Below, in pieces: positions 1 to 12,800 of a DNA stretch of 43,874 nt. A program made the position numbers and the translations under genes. This DNA comes from Octopus bimaculoides (Eukaryota): positions 27,415,127-27,459,000 of the forward strand of contig NC_068992.1 in NCBI RefSeq assembly GCF_001194135.2, read 5' to 3'. Positions within the stretch are counted from its first letter, which is position 1. Each line of letters starts with the position of its first letter. The notes under the pieces are model-generated. The model searched no databases and was not told the origin of the DNA. It saw only the letters and a list, made by a program, of their open reading frames with translations.

Positions 1-186
1 CACGTAAAAGCACCCACTACACTCTCTGAGTGGTTGGCGTTAGGAAGGGCATCCAGCTGTAGAAACTCTGCCAAATCAGACTGGAGCCTGGTGTTGCCAT
101 CCGGTTTCACCAGTCCTCAGTCAAATCGTCCAACCCATGCTAGCATGGAAAGCGGACGTTAAACGATGATGATGATGATGATGATA
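1..186 (+). mobile_element. RTE-type LINE 3' tail (or RTE-dependent SINE) ending in (GAT)n
   Basis: ...CATGCTAGCATGGAAAGCGGACGTTAAACGATGATGATG; the same family recurs many times in the window. Confidence 0.65.
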
Positions 187-204
187 TATATACACATATA
201 TACA

Positions 205-640
205 TACATGTATGATGCATGTGTACGAACAGCCATGCTACATGGCAGTGAAACATGGCCATGACTGCTGAGGACATGTGTAAGCTCGAAAGGAATGAAG
301 CCAGTATGCTCCGATGGATGTGTAACGTCAGTGTGCATACTCGACAGAGTGTAAGTACCTTGAGAGAAAAGTTGAACCTAAGAAGCATCAGTTGTGGTGT
401 GCAAGAGAGACGATTGCGCTGGTATGGTTACGTGGTGAGAATGGATCAGGATAGCTGTATGAAAAAGTGCCACACCCTAGCGGTTGAAGGAACCTGTGGA
501 AGAGGCAGGCCCAGGAAGACCTGGGATAAGGTGGTGAAGCATGACCTCCGAACATTAGGCCTCACCGAGGCAATGACTTCTGACCTAGACCATTGGAAAT
601 ATGATGATCGTGAGAAGACCCGGCAAACCAAGTGAGACCA
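205..640 (+). mobile_element. RTE-clade LINE fragment, C-terminus of reverse transcriptase ORF
   Basis: ORF 255-635 reads LERNEASMLRWMC...RRLRWYGYVVRM...GRGRPRKTW, typical of the RTE post-RT region. Confidence 0.85.
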
Positions 641-1159
641 AAATCCTCCTGCCATGAAGTTGGCTCATCTGGGACACTTGACAGTAAGATATCCAGTTTC
701 ATTCTGAAGACACCTACACCCATGCAAGTCCTTCAGAAGAATTTTGAAGAGCTGTGGCCTCCTGAAGCCCTGGCTGTTGCAGTATCTTGTCCTATATCTT
801 GATGGCAAATTTGGAGTCTTTGGCACTATGCAGTAGTGCCCTGTTGTAGTATTTGTGAAATTCTTGATGCCAAAGTTTGGGAAAAATCCCTCCAGGATCT
901 ACCATATGTATATTATGGCATATCTTTCTCACCTACACTCTAAGGAATAGAGTCTTAATCTCTTGAGTCTTTCCCAGTAGCTTATATGCTGCAAAGAATC
1001 TATCTTCTTTGTGTAGCTTCATTTAACACTGGTTGGTGAACATAGCTGAGAGCAATAGTCAAAGTGGCTTAGGACAAGTGTCCTCCAGAAGACCATCATG
1101 GTTTCCTGATTTCTTGTTCAAAAAAGTTAAGAATCCATCCAGTCAGCTGCCTGAATTGC

Positions 1160-1505
1160 ACACATATGTATATACATATACATACATATGTATATACATA
1201 CACATACATATGTATGTACATACACATACATATGGATGTACATATACATACATATGTATATACAAGCACATACATATGTATGTACATACACATACATATG
1301 TATGTACATACACATATATATGTATGTACATAAACATACATATGTATGTACATACACATACATATGTATATACATATACATACATATGTACATACACATA
1401 CATATGTATGTACATACATATGTACATACACATACATATGTATGTAGATACACATACATACACATATATATATATACACACACATACGTATGTATGTATA
1501 TATGT
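1160..1505. repeat. Minisatellite of ~22-bp units (CACATACATATGTATGTACATA) derived from a TACA microsatellite
   Basis: Direct tandem periodicity; explains the spurious Y/T/H/I/M/C-rich ORFs. Confidence 0.9.
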
Positions 1506-2372
1506 GTGAAGAGACAAGAAAGAAATGGAGCAATAATTAACAATGAGAAGTGGATTATTGGTGTTTTAAAGGCATTGTTTAATTGAATCAGGAGTATTTT
1601 TACAGCTGTTTCTATTTATTAAAATGGGGTAAATTTACATTTACCTCGTTGGATTTAATAAACATCTTCAAAGACAAAAAAGAAGAAAAAGAAAGAGAAA
1701 AATGTTCATTAAAGCAATAGTTGTACATTTTAGTGACTTGAATATTTCCCTGGAAACTGAAAAGGATTGACCGGCGATGTATGACCAAAGGAGTTATACC
1801 TGTGGGGATATTCGGTGTTGTTACTGGACATAAGTAACGTAAATTGTGGCTTCTAAGTTAGTCCCTGTAATTACAATGGAAGCCCCAGTATATACTTAGT
1901 ATATGGAAGCCCTAGTATATACTAGGTATATACTGGGGCTTCCATTGTAATAACAGGGACTAACTTAGAAGCCACAAATTTACGTTACTACGTCCAGTAA
2001 CAACACCAAATATCTCCACCAGGTATAACTCCTTCGGCCATACATCGCCGGTCAATTAGCCACTGTCCCAACTTAGCACCATAGCCAACGAATGAAGGAA
2101 TCTACAGACACGTACAAATATGCAAGTCACTAAAATGTAAGACTATTGCTTTAACGAACCCTTTTCTCTTCCTTTTTGTCTTTGCCTTCCTTCTTCTATA
2201 TAAGAATTCTGAAGATGCTTATTAATTCCAATGAAGTAAATGCAAATTTACCCCATTTTAATAAACAGAAACACCTGTAAACAAACACCTAATTTAATTA
2301 AACAATGACTTTAAAACACCAATGATCTACTTCTCATTGTTAATACTTGCTCAATTTCTTCTTCGTCTCTAT
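1505..2372. mobile_element. ~870-bp fold-back element (MITE-like) with long imperfect inverted arms
   Basis: 1541 ACAATGAGAAGTGGATTATTGGTGTTTTAAAG pairs with CTTTAAAACACCAATGATCTACTTCTCATTGT near 2309-2340; core CAATGGAAGCCCCAGTATATAC / GTATATACTGGGGCTTCCATTG around 1910. Confidence 0.85.
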
Positions 2373-2489
2373 ATGTAGTAAACCACAGTTTTACCTTTAA
2401 ATTACATACTACCGTATACCTTTCAACAAGGACTATACATACTGAGGTATATCCCTTACACAGTTGTATAACCTCTAACTTATATATTA

Positions 2490-2795
2490 CTATGTATGTA
2501 TGTATATATATCTATATATATATATATATATATATATCATGATGATGATGATATATATATATNNNNNNNNNNTATATATATATATATATATATATACATA
2601 TATATACATATACATACATACAAGCATACATATATACATACATAGATACATATATGCATACATATATACATACATATATGCATACATATATACATNNNNN
2701 NNNNNNNNNNNNNNNNNNNNNNNNNNNNNNNNNNNNNNNNNNNNNNNNNNNNNNNNNNNNNNNNNNNNNNNNNNNNNNNNNNNNNNNNNNNNNNN
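2490..2795. repeat. (TA)n/(TACA)n microsatellites with assembly gaps
   Basis: Visible directly. Confidence 0.95.
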
Positions 2796-3097
2796 GATGA
2801 AACAGTTACTCACTGTCTTTCTTGTTTGTATAATAGACGTTCTGGTTCTGGGATTCGAGCAGCTAATTCCATTGCATCACGTATCTTACTAAGCACCTCA
2901 TAATTATCTCGCCCTCTCACCTATTTAAAATAGAAAGAATAATAAGTGAGTGGACTGAAGTAAAGTTTTTTTTCTGAATAATAATGGTAATCATAAACAA
3001 CTATTAATATAGCAGCAGCCAATAGTAAGGGGAGGAAAAACCTAATGGCCTTTTATGTTCAAATGAATAATAATAATAATAATAATGATGTTGATTC

Positions 3098-3215
3098 CAA
3101 GAAGTTTGCTTCCCAACCACATGGCCCCAGATTCAATATTATCTTCTATAGCCTTGGGCTGACCAAAGCCTTTTGAGTGGATTTGGTCAACGGAAACTAA
3201 AAGAAGCCTGTCGTA
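3098..3215 (+). mobile_element. tRNA-derived SINE fragment, family A (AAGAAGTTTGCTTCCCAACCACATGG...GGAAACTAAAAGAAGCC)
   Basis: Matches the copies at about 24190, 35325, 35730 and 41745. Confidence 0.7.
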
Positions 3216-3756
3216 TATATATATATATATATATACACACACATATATATATATGGAAAGCGGACGTTAAACGATGATGATGATGATGATGTGTTTATGA
3301 AATTATGTCTTTGTGATTGTGCTTGTCCCTCACAACTGATTGACAACAGTTGTTGGTATATTTACATCCATGTAAATTAGCAGTTTGGTAAATGACACTG
3401 ATAGAATAAATACCAGGCTTTAAAATACAGTAAGTACAGTAGTTGATTCACTTGACTAAAAAGAATTCTTCAAGATGGGTGTCCCCTACCTCCCAAGCAT
3501 GACCACAATCTGATGACTGAAACAAGCAAAAGATTAAAAGGAGTGTGTGTATAGTGAGTCAGAGTAATTAGAGTGTAGTGTGTACTACTTCTAAGAAACA
3601 GAAAACTTAATGTTAGCTAAGTAAAAATTTGTTAGAACTGAAAAGTACACTGCCTCAGTGACAGGTGGTTTCAAACTTACCACAATAAATATCTATATTT
3701 CTTTTATATTCTATTCCAAGAGAACTTTAATCAAAATACTTTTGAAACCTACTTAC

Positions 3757-3851
3757 TTTAAGTGTGAATACTTCGTCATCAATTTTTCTCTTTTTTGGTG
3801 CTACTTTTGTTATGTCGTTTGTGATTAATAATGATCTCTGAGCAAACCCAT
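3757..3851 (-). CDS. TP63: Exon 10: [34 protein letters not shown] and start of oligomerisation domain
   Basis: Acceptor ctttgttatag|, donor AAA|GTAAGT, 95 nt, phase 1-0; PKKRK...FTL motif. Confidence 0.95.
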
Positions 3852-6800
3852 CTATAACAAAGCGAAACATGATTTATTGCACAGACACAAAAATTCAAAT
3901 TAAGGAACAAATGTTACTCCTAATTAGTGGCAAAGTAGACAATTAAAACAGGGTTGTAGACTTGTATGATAAATTTACATAAAATGTTTAACTGTAATTA
4001 TATTAATAATATAAAATTATATTTTTAATGATTATTTATTATAAACTGAAATATCTTTCAATTTCTTAATTTTGAGGAATAATTTTATTCTATCAGTTCT
4101 TCAGAAATAGCAGTTTATAAATGGAAGTACATGACTTTCATGGCATAATTGTCTTGAAACTAAATACCAATATAGAAGTACTAATCACGTGTTGGAATTT
4201 CTGACACAAAATATTTTACATATAGTTGCTATGAATTATTATTATTATGCTCACTTCTGTGTAATTGGTGTGGTGTTGATGCCCTAAGTTAAATCCAATC
4301 ATGAAGGTATATAATTAAATAAGATTCCAACCATGACCACATCACTTTTTTTTTCTATTTTCCAGACATATTGTCAAAGACCACACTGTCCAAAGTGTCC
4401 TTCCCTTATTTTAAAAGCATTGTGTGATTCAAGAGAGATTTGGAAGTTAATCCTAGCAGGTCATATCCTACCATAGGTACAGATCTTAATGTGCGTCAAT
4501 GTATAACCTGAACATTATATATCAAGTTATACTGTCAGGCCAAATCTGAGGTCTTGAGTTAACTTACTTTTCTTCAACTTACAACAAAATAAGTAAACAG
4601 ATTTGGCATAAATTCTCAGAGAAATTAACTATCTTTCAGCAATATTTCCCAATCAAACTACCCTAGCATAGCATCAAAATTTTCCTAACACCATATTACA
4701 GATTCCTCAACATCTTTGATGATAGATTCCCAAATCTGCCTGTGTTGCATATATTAACCCATTACCTCCCATAATTCTATTAACTGGAATTTTTTTATGA
4801 AACTTTTGATTTCTAGCATAAAACAGCCTTAGAAACATGCTGGAATGATCAAAATAACATTTCAAAATAACATTTTAAATAGAAATAAGCGAGATATTGG
4901 GTGAAAAATTAGCAAACCTCATTTGAATATCAGAGAAATATACCTAGTAGATATAGCAAAAAGGTTAGATATGTGTAAATATTGACAGATAATTACAAAA
5001 TTTGTAATTTTTAAGTGATCTCACATGAGATCACTGGTAGGTAATGGGTTAACAATTGTTACTTGAGCTATTATTACAAATTAAAATATCACCCCAAGGT
5101 GTATTTTACAAAGTAAAATACAACCCAATTCACAACTGAACTAATACTACCACTGATCAACCATCATCATTCTATAATAAGGATCAAAAAGTTTACCTTC
5201 ATTCATTATGACTTGCATATACAAATCCAAAGAACTGATCAAAACAAGTTACCTCGACTAAAGTCCTTGAGTCAAAATCACTCTATACTTGTAAGAACAA
5301 TCAAACTGTTGCAAAATTAAGAAAAATTACCCTTCTTACTTTTTTGCGGGCTTGGAGGTTTTGCAGGTGAACAAGCAGCTTTTTCATCAGCTTTTCTGTC
5401 TCTACCTGGGCATGCACATATTCTAACTTCAACAGCCCGTCGCCCTAACACTTGATTACTGAAAAGTAAAAAAACAATTCAAAATACAGCTATTGAAATA
5501 TTTTCTTAAATACAGTTAAATATTTAAAAAATGATATTAGTCTTTAAATTGATATTTCTCTTCCAAATTCATTTACAACAGAAATTAATTACCTGTATTC
5601 GTTATGCAACTGTAATATACTATCAAGTACATTAAAGGTTTTATAAGTCCTACCATGTAAGCAGTGCTATTAAATCACTTTTTTAAGGTTATCTCTACAC
5701 TCATTACCTATTTTTCCATCCTCAACTGCATTGTTTAGATTAGATGCATTCAGTTATGAAACATCATAATAAATCAGTGCTGGCAATGATTTCTATAGAA
5801 AATCTATAGAGATAACCTTAAAAGAGAAAATTTCTTTTACAACAAATGCAAAATTGACAATTTTACTAAACTTATAAATGAAATCCATTTTTTACATAAA
5901 ACTATACTACGAAAGATAAACTTACTCTTTCTCCAGCGTAAATACTAGTTGCATAGGCCTTCTGTTTGGACCTCCAACACAAGAACCAAGACACATGAAC
6001 TGGTATAAGTTGATCACCCACTCAGAGCCCGCTAGGATAGGATGAAATAATACACATAACAAACTGTTCGGGATTTAAAGACAGTAATATTTAAAATAAA
6101 AGAAAGCTAGTTATAAGGTTTGTGTTCTAAATAAAACATTTACTATTTATCTCTTTGAATTTACTGGGAATTTTACTAGAAAATATCATGAAATAAATCA
6201 GATTTCTTACAAAAAGTATTTCAAACTTAACAAAATGTACAAGGTCCTTAATATTAACATAATCAATTACAAAACGAAAGTCAGGTTTTGAATTTTTGTA
6301 GAATAATATTCAAAAAATTAAAAACAGCAGTTACCTTGTGGCATTTCATGTGGTATTAACACACTTTGACGCCCATTATAAAGATCTTCTTCATACTTAG
6401 CTAACTTATGTTCACATCTGACAATGTGTACAGGGGCTGGATGATCTGTCATAATAGAATGTAAGTGTAAATGACTAACAAGCTGTTGATCAAAAGAGGC
6501 ACATATAATGAAATGATAGTTTTAAAGCAGTAGAAACATTTTAATTTCAGACAACTCAAAAATAAAAAGTTGTGTCTTTAAATGAAACTGCATAGAATAG
6601 AAAGATTTCATAGCTGTCAAGCAATAATCAAAATTAACCTGGAGATTCAATAAGATATGTAACTAAATTTGTTAGTCAATCACTAAAATCTTTTGTTATG
6701 CTTTTAATGCCATCCACCTGACACTACCACTAATTCTTTGATACAAAGTCAATAACTTAACAGAAACTTATATAAAATTACCATAATTTTACGTACAAAT

Positions 6801-9800
6801 CTGCCATGAAATTACCTTCCAAACTCCAGTTTAATATACTAATGAATAAAAAATTTTATTTTATTGGAGCCTTGCAAATTCTTTCTTATTTTCAAAATAA
6901 GAAACTTGTATTAGGCATATTGCCACAAAAGGGTTAACATTGATAGTTGCTCCATTCTATACCTAAGTTATTACGATGCTTGCTTAATCCCCAGTTGTTT
7001 AACCCTTTTGTTACCATATTTCTGCTGAAATACACAGTCTTTGCTTCAGCTAATTCTTAAACTAATGACGACTGTCAAAAGACTGTCATTTTTAAGTTAG
7101 TGTTTGGAACATCATCATCATTTAGCGTCCACTGAAATGAAATTTTGATGAAAGGTTTGAATTTTGATCACTTTAAAACACAAAGTTCTATCACAGAACT
7201 AGGGGCAGTCTCAGATGGGTTGGTATCAAAAAGGTTAATGAATACATACAGGGTGTTCAAGCTAAATTTGACAATTTTTTTTACTCTTTTTTCAGGAACA
7301 CCTAGATGTAGTGGTGAACAGTCAACAGCATTGGAGAGAATAAAGACCATAAAGTTGTAGTTAAGAAAAAATTAGCTGACATGGAGGACTAAAAACCATT
7401 GGAATATTGGAAAAGAGTTACCTGTATCATGAGGATTCATGCTGGGTATCAAAATGCCAACATCATGATTGCTACTCAATGCTCTGTGAACACTGTAAAA
7501 GCTGTAAGAAGCAACATGGACAGTTGCAGCAGAGACTACGAAGCCGTAGCCAGCAATAAGGGACACAGCAGACATTCTGATTGTTTTCACACACCAGAAT
7601 TCATCCAACCACTGCAGGACAAAGTGACACAAGATCCAAGCAAGGAAATCTGGGCTTTGGTGAGAGAGATGGGTGTTGAAGTTGCCATCATATAACTGAT
7701 TCTGAATGAGCACTTTCACTGCCACTCACACAAGAGGCACAAGAGACAAATTCAGGCAGCCCAGGTGAACTGTTTGATGGAGACGAAAGTTCCTGGACAA
7801 ACTGAGATATCCTGCTGAGCCAGGGATAATCTGGTTCTTCTCAAATGAAAAGAACTTGTCAGGACCAGTTGCACAACACCCCGGACAACAACTGGTTTGC
7901 CCACAATCCATGTAACGTCTTATGTATCATGAAAACCAAGTTCTCCCAAACTGTGATGGTCTTTGGGTGTGTATCCAGTGAGGATGATATCATGCCACCC
8001 CACATCTTTGAACAGGGCTTCAGGCCCAATTCAGATGGCTGTGTGAAGCTGCAAGAGACTGTGGCCGAACCATGGCTCAAGAAGAGCACTGCTGGAAGGT
8101 TATATGTGTGACAGCAGGATTTGGTTCCTTACTATACCCCCAGAAAAAGTCAGAAGTGCTTATCGGAGAATTTCTATGACTTCACCAGCCTTAATTTCTT
8201 GCCTTGTAATTTCCCTAATTGTAACCCTATGAATTACTGTGTGGGGCACAGTTGAGAAAGACACCAACCACTCTGCTTGCAACACCAAGACCAAGCTGAT
8301 GGCCAAGATCAAGGAAATGTACAAAGACCTTCCTGGAAACACAATGAGGGGCACATACACAAGGTTCTAGAGCCATCTTGAGGCCATAGTGGAAGCTGAA
8401 GGTGGCTACTTTGAATAAACTGTAATCTCCCAGTCATAATTTAGTTGAAGTTTTTGATTTTTTTAAAATAATTTTATTTTTGGGTGGGATATTGTTTTCT
8501 TTTCCTTTAATGCAAACTGTCAAATTTAGCCTGAACACCCTGTACCTTAAAAGTAAATACCAATTCCCAATAGCAATTATCCATATATAAAATAGGAGAC
8601 CTATTTTCTGCTAAGCAAAGTTAGCTTATAAAATAATGTACCTTGACAAGAGTTAAATTTCATAACATTTGAAACTGTGGTTCAATATATTCCACACTCA
8701 AATCAACAGATATTATAACGTAAATTGTGCTTACTTTCATTATGTTCCTTAGCAGTTGCATGGTTTGGACATCGCTTTACTACTTCTTGAACGTGTTCTG
8801 GTTTCATGAATATTGGCATTGCCCGAATCTGGCAACCAGATGGAGGCGTCTGTAATGTCTTAAATCGAACAGGACATGTGGTAGCCATTCTCACATACAA
8901 TTTGTCTAATTTTTCGGAATACTGTGAGAGAGAAATATATTTTAATATTAATTTCTATTTGCACAAATATATGCATGCACATATGTATATTAATGTGTAT
9001 AATTACAGAAAATACCTTACATTATTTTAAATCGTTTTGCAATTTTTACTTCAAATCTTGCTACATTGAAACTATCATTACAGGGTAGAAATATCTGCCT
9101 GCTCAACTTTCTCTTAATTACTTTTTAATGTTTTGATAGGGATTTATATATATTTTATCAGACATAAGCAGAATCTATAAACAAAGAGAATAATGTACAA
9201 AGTCATTTTAAAGACCTTTTTACATGTGAATGCCTTTGGAGATGTAGAAAAATAATGGATATGCTTAAGGCACATAATATTGTTATCAATCAGTATTACA
9301 ATCACAGAAATAGAACATTAAGCAAGAAATTTATTCAAGGAAAGTGATGATGTTTAGCTACTGCAGTATAAAAATAAACTTGATAATACCGTCTTTATAG
9401 GGGCACAATAATGTTGGTAGACATCAGAGGGTGACACAACACAACCTACTACAGCATTGTATACACCTTTACTCAACAAATGGCCAACACAGAAGGAAAC
9501 ATAGGAACCTTTACATGGTATCTCAACTTGCTAAAAATTGCAGCCAAATCTATGTCAAATCAAACACTACCATCTTAAAAATAAAAGGAAATACTTTGGA
9601 TAATGTTGTTCTAGATAAAAAGATAAAATAGTTGCAGCTAGAATGCCCTTCATTACCGATCTTCATCAGGGCTGTCCTGAAAATAACATCGAACACTATA
9701 CTAGTACTTGTTAGTCAATCACTAAAATCTTTTGTTATGCTTTTAATGCCATCCACCTGACACTACCACTAATTCTTTGATACAAAGTCAATAACTTAAC

Positions 9801-12800
9801 AAACTTATATAAAATTACCATAATTTTACATACAAATCTTCCATGAAATTACCTTCCAAACTCCAGTTTAATATACTAATGAATAAAAAATTTTATTTTA
9901 TTGGAGCCTTGCAAATTCTTTCTTATTTTCAAAATAAGAAACTTGTATTAGGCATATTGCCACAAAAGAGTTAACATTGATCGTTGCTCCATTCTATACC
10001 TTCGAATGAAACCCACATAATTATACAGCTAAAATGAGGGAACCTTAAGACACCTTGAACAAAAACAACATTAGTATCATTGGAAGGAGGCAATGTTGTC
10101 AGCAGTGTCCAACAGTGATACAGTGGAGACAGGCGATGGAGATGGAAGTGAAAATATTAATGATAAGATGTAAAGTGTTTTATATTCTGCAATCAGAACA
10201 TAAGTGTCTGACATAATTTATAGCAACAAAAATTGAATGAAGAGCTTTATTCAGTTATCTATAGATGTTTAGTCCTACTAAACAAACATTAAAAAGTAGT
10301 TCAAAGCTTAACAAATCAACATTTGAAGAACAATCTCTCCAGAAGTGTCAATGTTGGCTACCAGCCCAAAACAAGCTTAATCATTAGATTCTTCTGATGT
10401 TGTCAATCAATTTTTGATTACATTTTAAGAGGATTTATTCAACACTCATTCAAACAATATAATTTAGTGGTGATGTATAAGAGTATTGAACAAAGTTTCT
10501 GTAGATTGTCAAATTTTAAAAATGTGCATTGATTTTCATCCTGTTAGTTGGTTTTGGTTACAGGGATTTTAGCAAATTATAACATTAACAGTTGTTTTAT
10601 ATATATATATAAATATATATTATAATATTAGGGACAAAATCCAAAATTACAGGTAAAAACTCAATTAAAATCAATTTATAAAAAATTTAAATTAAATTGA
10701 GCTTTATAGATAAAATATATATAAAATATATAGTTTTAGGGAAAATAACCAAGTTTCAGGAACTCATCGATGAAAATCCACTATCACATATAGAAAAATT
10801 AATAATTAAAAGCACAATAAATGAGTATAATATAAAGTAAAGTAAATATCATAAGATAAATATTATATTTATCTTATGATATTTACTTTACTTTATATTA
10901 TACTCATTTATTGTGCTTTTAATTATTAATTTTTCTATATGTGATAGTAGATTTTCATCGATGAGTTCTTGAAACTTGGTTATATATNNNNNNNNNNATA
11001 TATATATATATATATATATAAACTAACAACATAACTTGGTATCTGTCAAGCAATAATTTCATTCCTGCTTCAAAACAGTGGTTAGCAGTAGTGAAAACAA
11101 TCCAACAATAAGACAACTGATGTAAGTAAAATATGTTGAATTCACAACACCTCGACAACTTCGTACAACATCCCAGTATATCTCAATTTGGATGAAAGTC
11201 ACAAGCAGATTCAAATCATTCACACATTTCCATATCAGTCAGCATCACTTAACATCTATGTTCCATGCTGGCATGGGTTGGATATATCACTTTATATTTT
11301 CATATTGCTTATAAAAAGAAAGAAAATTAATCCTTTTTCGTGCTATTACTTACTGTCCAAGTAGTTGATTTCGTTTCCTTTGAGGGTTGTGCAAATGATA
11401 TTTCGAAGTGGTAATCACCAGGGTAATTTGTACTGAAATTTTTTTGAAGAAGAAAAAAAATCTCAAAATATTTAACATTTTTTAAAAGCAGGTTTGATTT
11501 ATAGATTAAGCTATATTAATTTACTTCTCTATTATTTTATTGACTTTTCTTTAGTGTCTAGGGATCTGTGGCTGGATCTTTTGCAGTAAGACTGATGCAA
11601 GAACAAACTGAAGTGTTTTGGAAAAGAATTCGAGAAGGAGGAATGAGAAAATGGTTAGTGCAAGTCCTAGGAATAGCCAACTTTGGTCTGATTTTAACTC
11701 AGAGCATAAGGGTGAACAAATATCAAAAGATATTTTGCCCAATGCTCTAACAACTCTACTGATTCTTGCACTAGGATTTAGTTATTTTTACTTTACAAAA
11801 AAACACCATGCAGAAGATCATTGCTTAACGTCCGTTTTCTATGCTGGCATGGGTTGGACAGTTTGACTGGAGACTGGCAAGCCAGGAGGCTGCACCAGGC
11901 TCCAATCTGATTTGGCAGAGTTTCTACAGCTGGATGCCCTTCCTAACACCAACCACTCTGAGAGTGTAGTGGGTGCTTTTTACATGCTACCAGCACAGGA
12001 GCCAGTCAGGCAGCACTGGCATCGGCTATGTTTGAATGGTGCTTTTTACGTGCTACCAGCACAGGGGCCAGTTGGGGCAGGGGGCTGGCATTGACCACAT
12101 TTAGATCATGCATTTTACATGCCACCAGCACGGGGAGTCAGTCAGGTGGCACTGTCAATGATCCAGGCATGAATGGTGCTTATTGCGTGCCAGATATTAA
12201 ACAATATAAGAAAGAAAAGAGCAAGAGTGGGTATGTTTGCCCTTTTCAACCTCAAATTTGTAGTTATAATGTGTAGTGTAATTTACATCATCATCAGTGA
12301 ATTCATGACAGGTTGTAAAAGCTATTAGACACAAACATAATTGTGAAGAAATTCTCTCCACACTGGAAGTATGATGAACAATGTGACAATGATTGCAGTG
12401 TTTTCCAGTAGATGCTGGATGATATCAAGTACATCAAACAAAATTACACCAACATTATTGACCTATTGATATATAAATATAAACATCTAAGTATGTTACC
12501 CCATTTCTCCATTCCCCATTATATTGCTGAATTGTACATCATCATTATTAAATATTGATTTAACATTCACCTTTTCAATGCTTGTCTGGATTAAGGGCTC
12601 ACATAGCATATTTCCATATAATCCTAACAAATACCATCATTTATCAATATGATTTAATAAATTCCTTATTATATCCTACTATATTCTTTTGGATATTCAG
12701 AATACTCATTAATATTTAACAACAAAAGATAAAAAGAAAAACAATGATTGTATTATTTCAAAATCAATTTGTTATTACAAAGAAAAAACTTACAAAATAT

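Noticed and set aside
1033-1586. Overlapping 124-158-aa ORFs
   Set aside because: Translation of the TACA minisatellite; low complexity
1-3756. Next p63 exon (VRGRENYEIL-like oligomerisation helix)
   Set aside because: Not found by eye; probably beyond position 1 or inside the N gap at 2696-2795
10060-10150. Pro/Ser-rich minus-strand stretch (PSPSPVS...; LPPSNDTN) resembling the p53 linker
   Set aside because: Stops and no clean splice sites; the true linker exon is at 19577-19641
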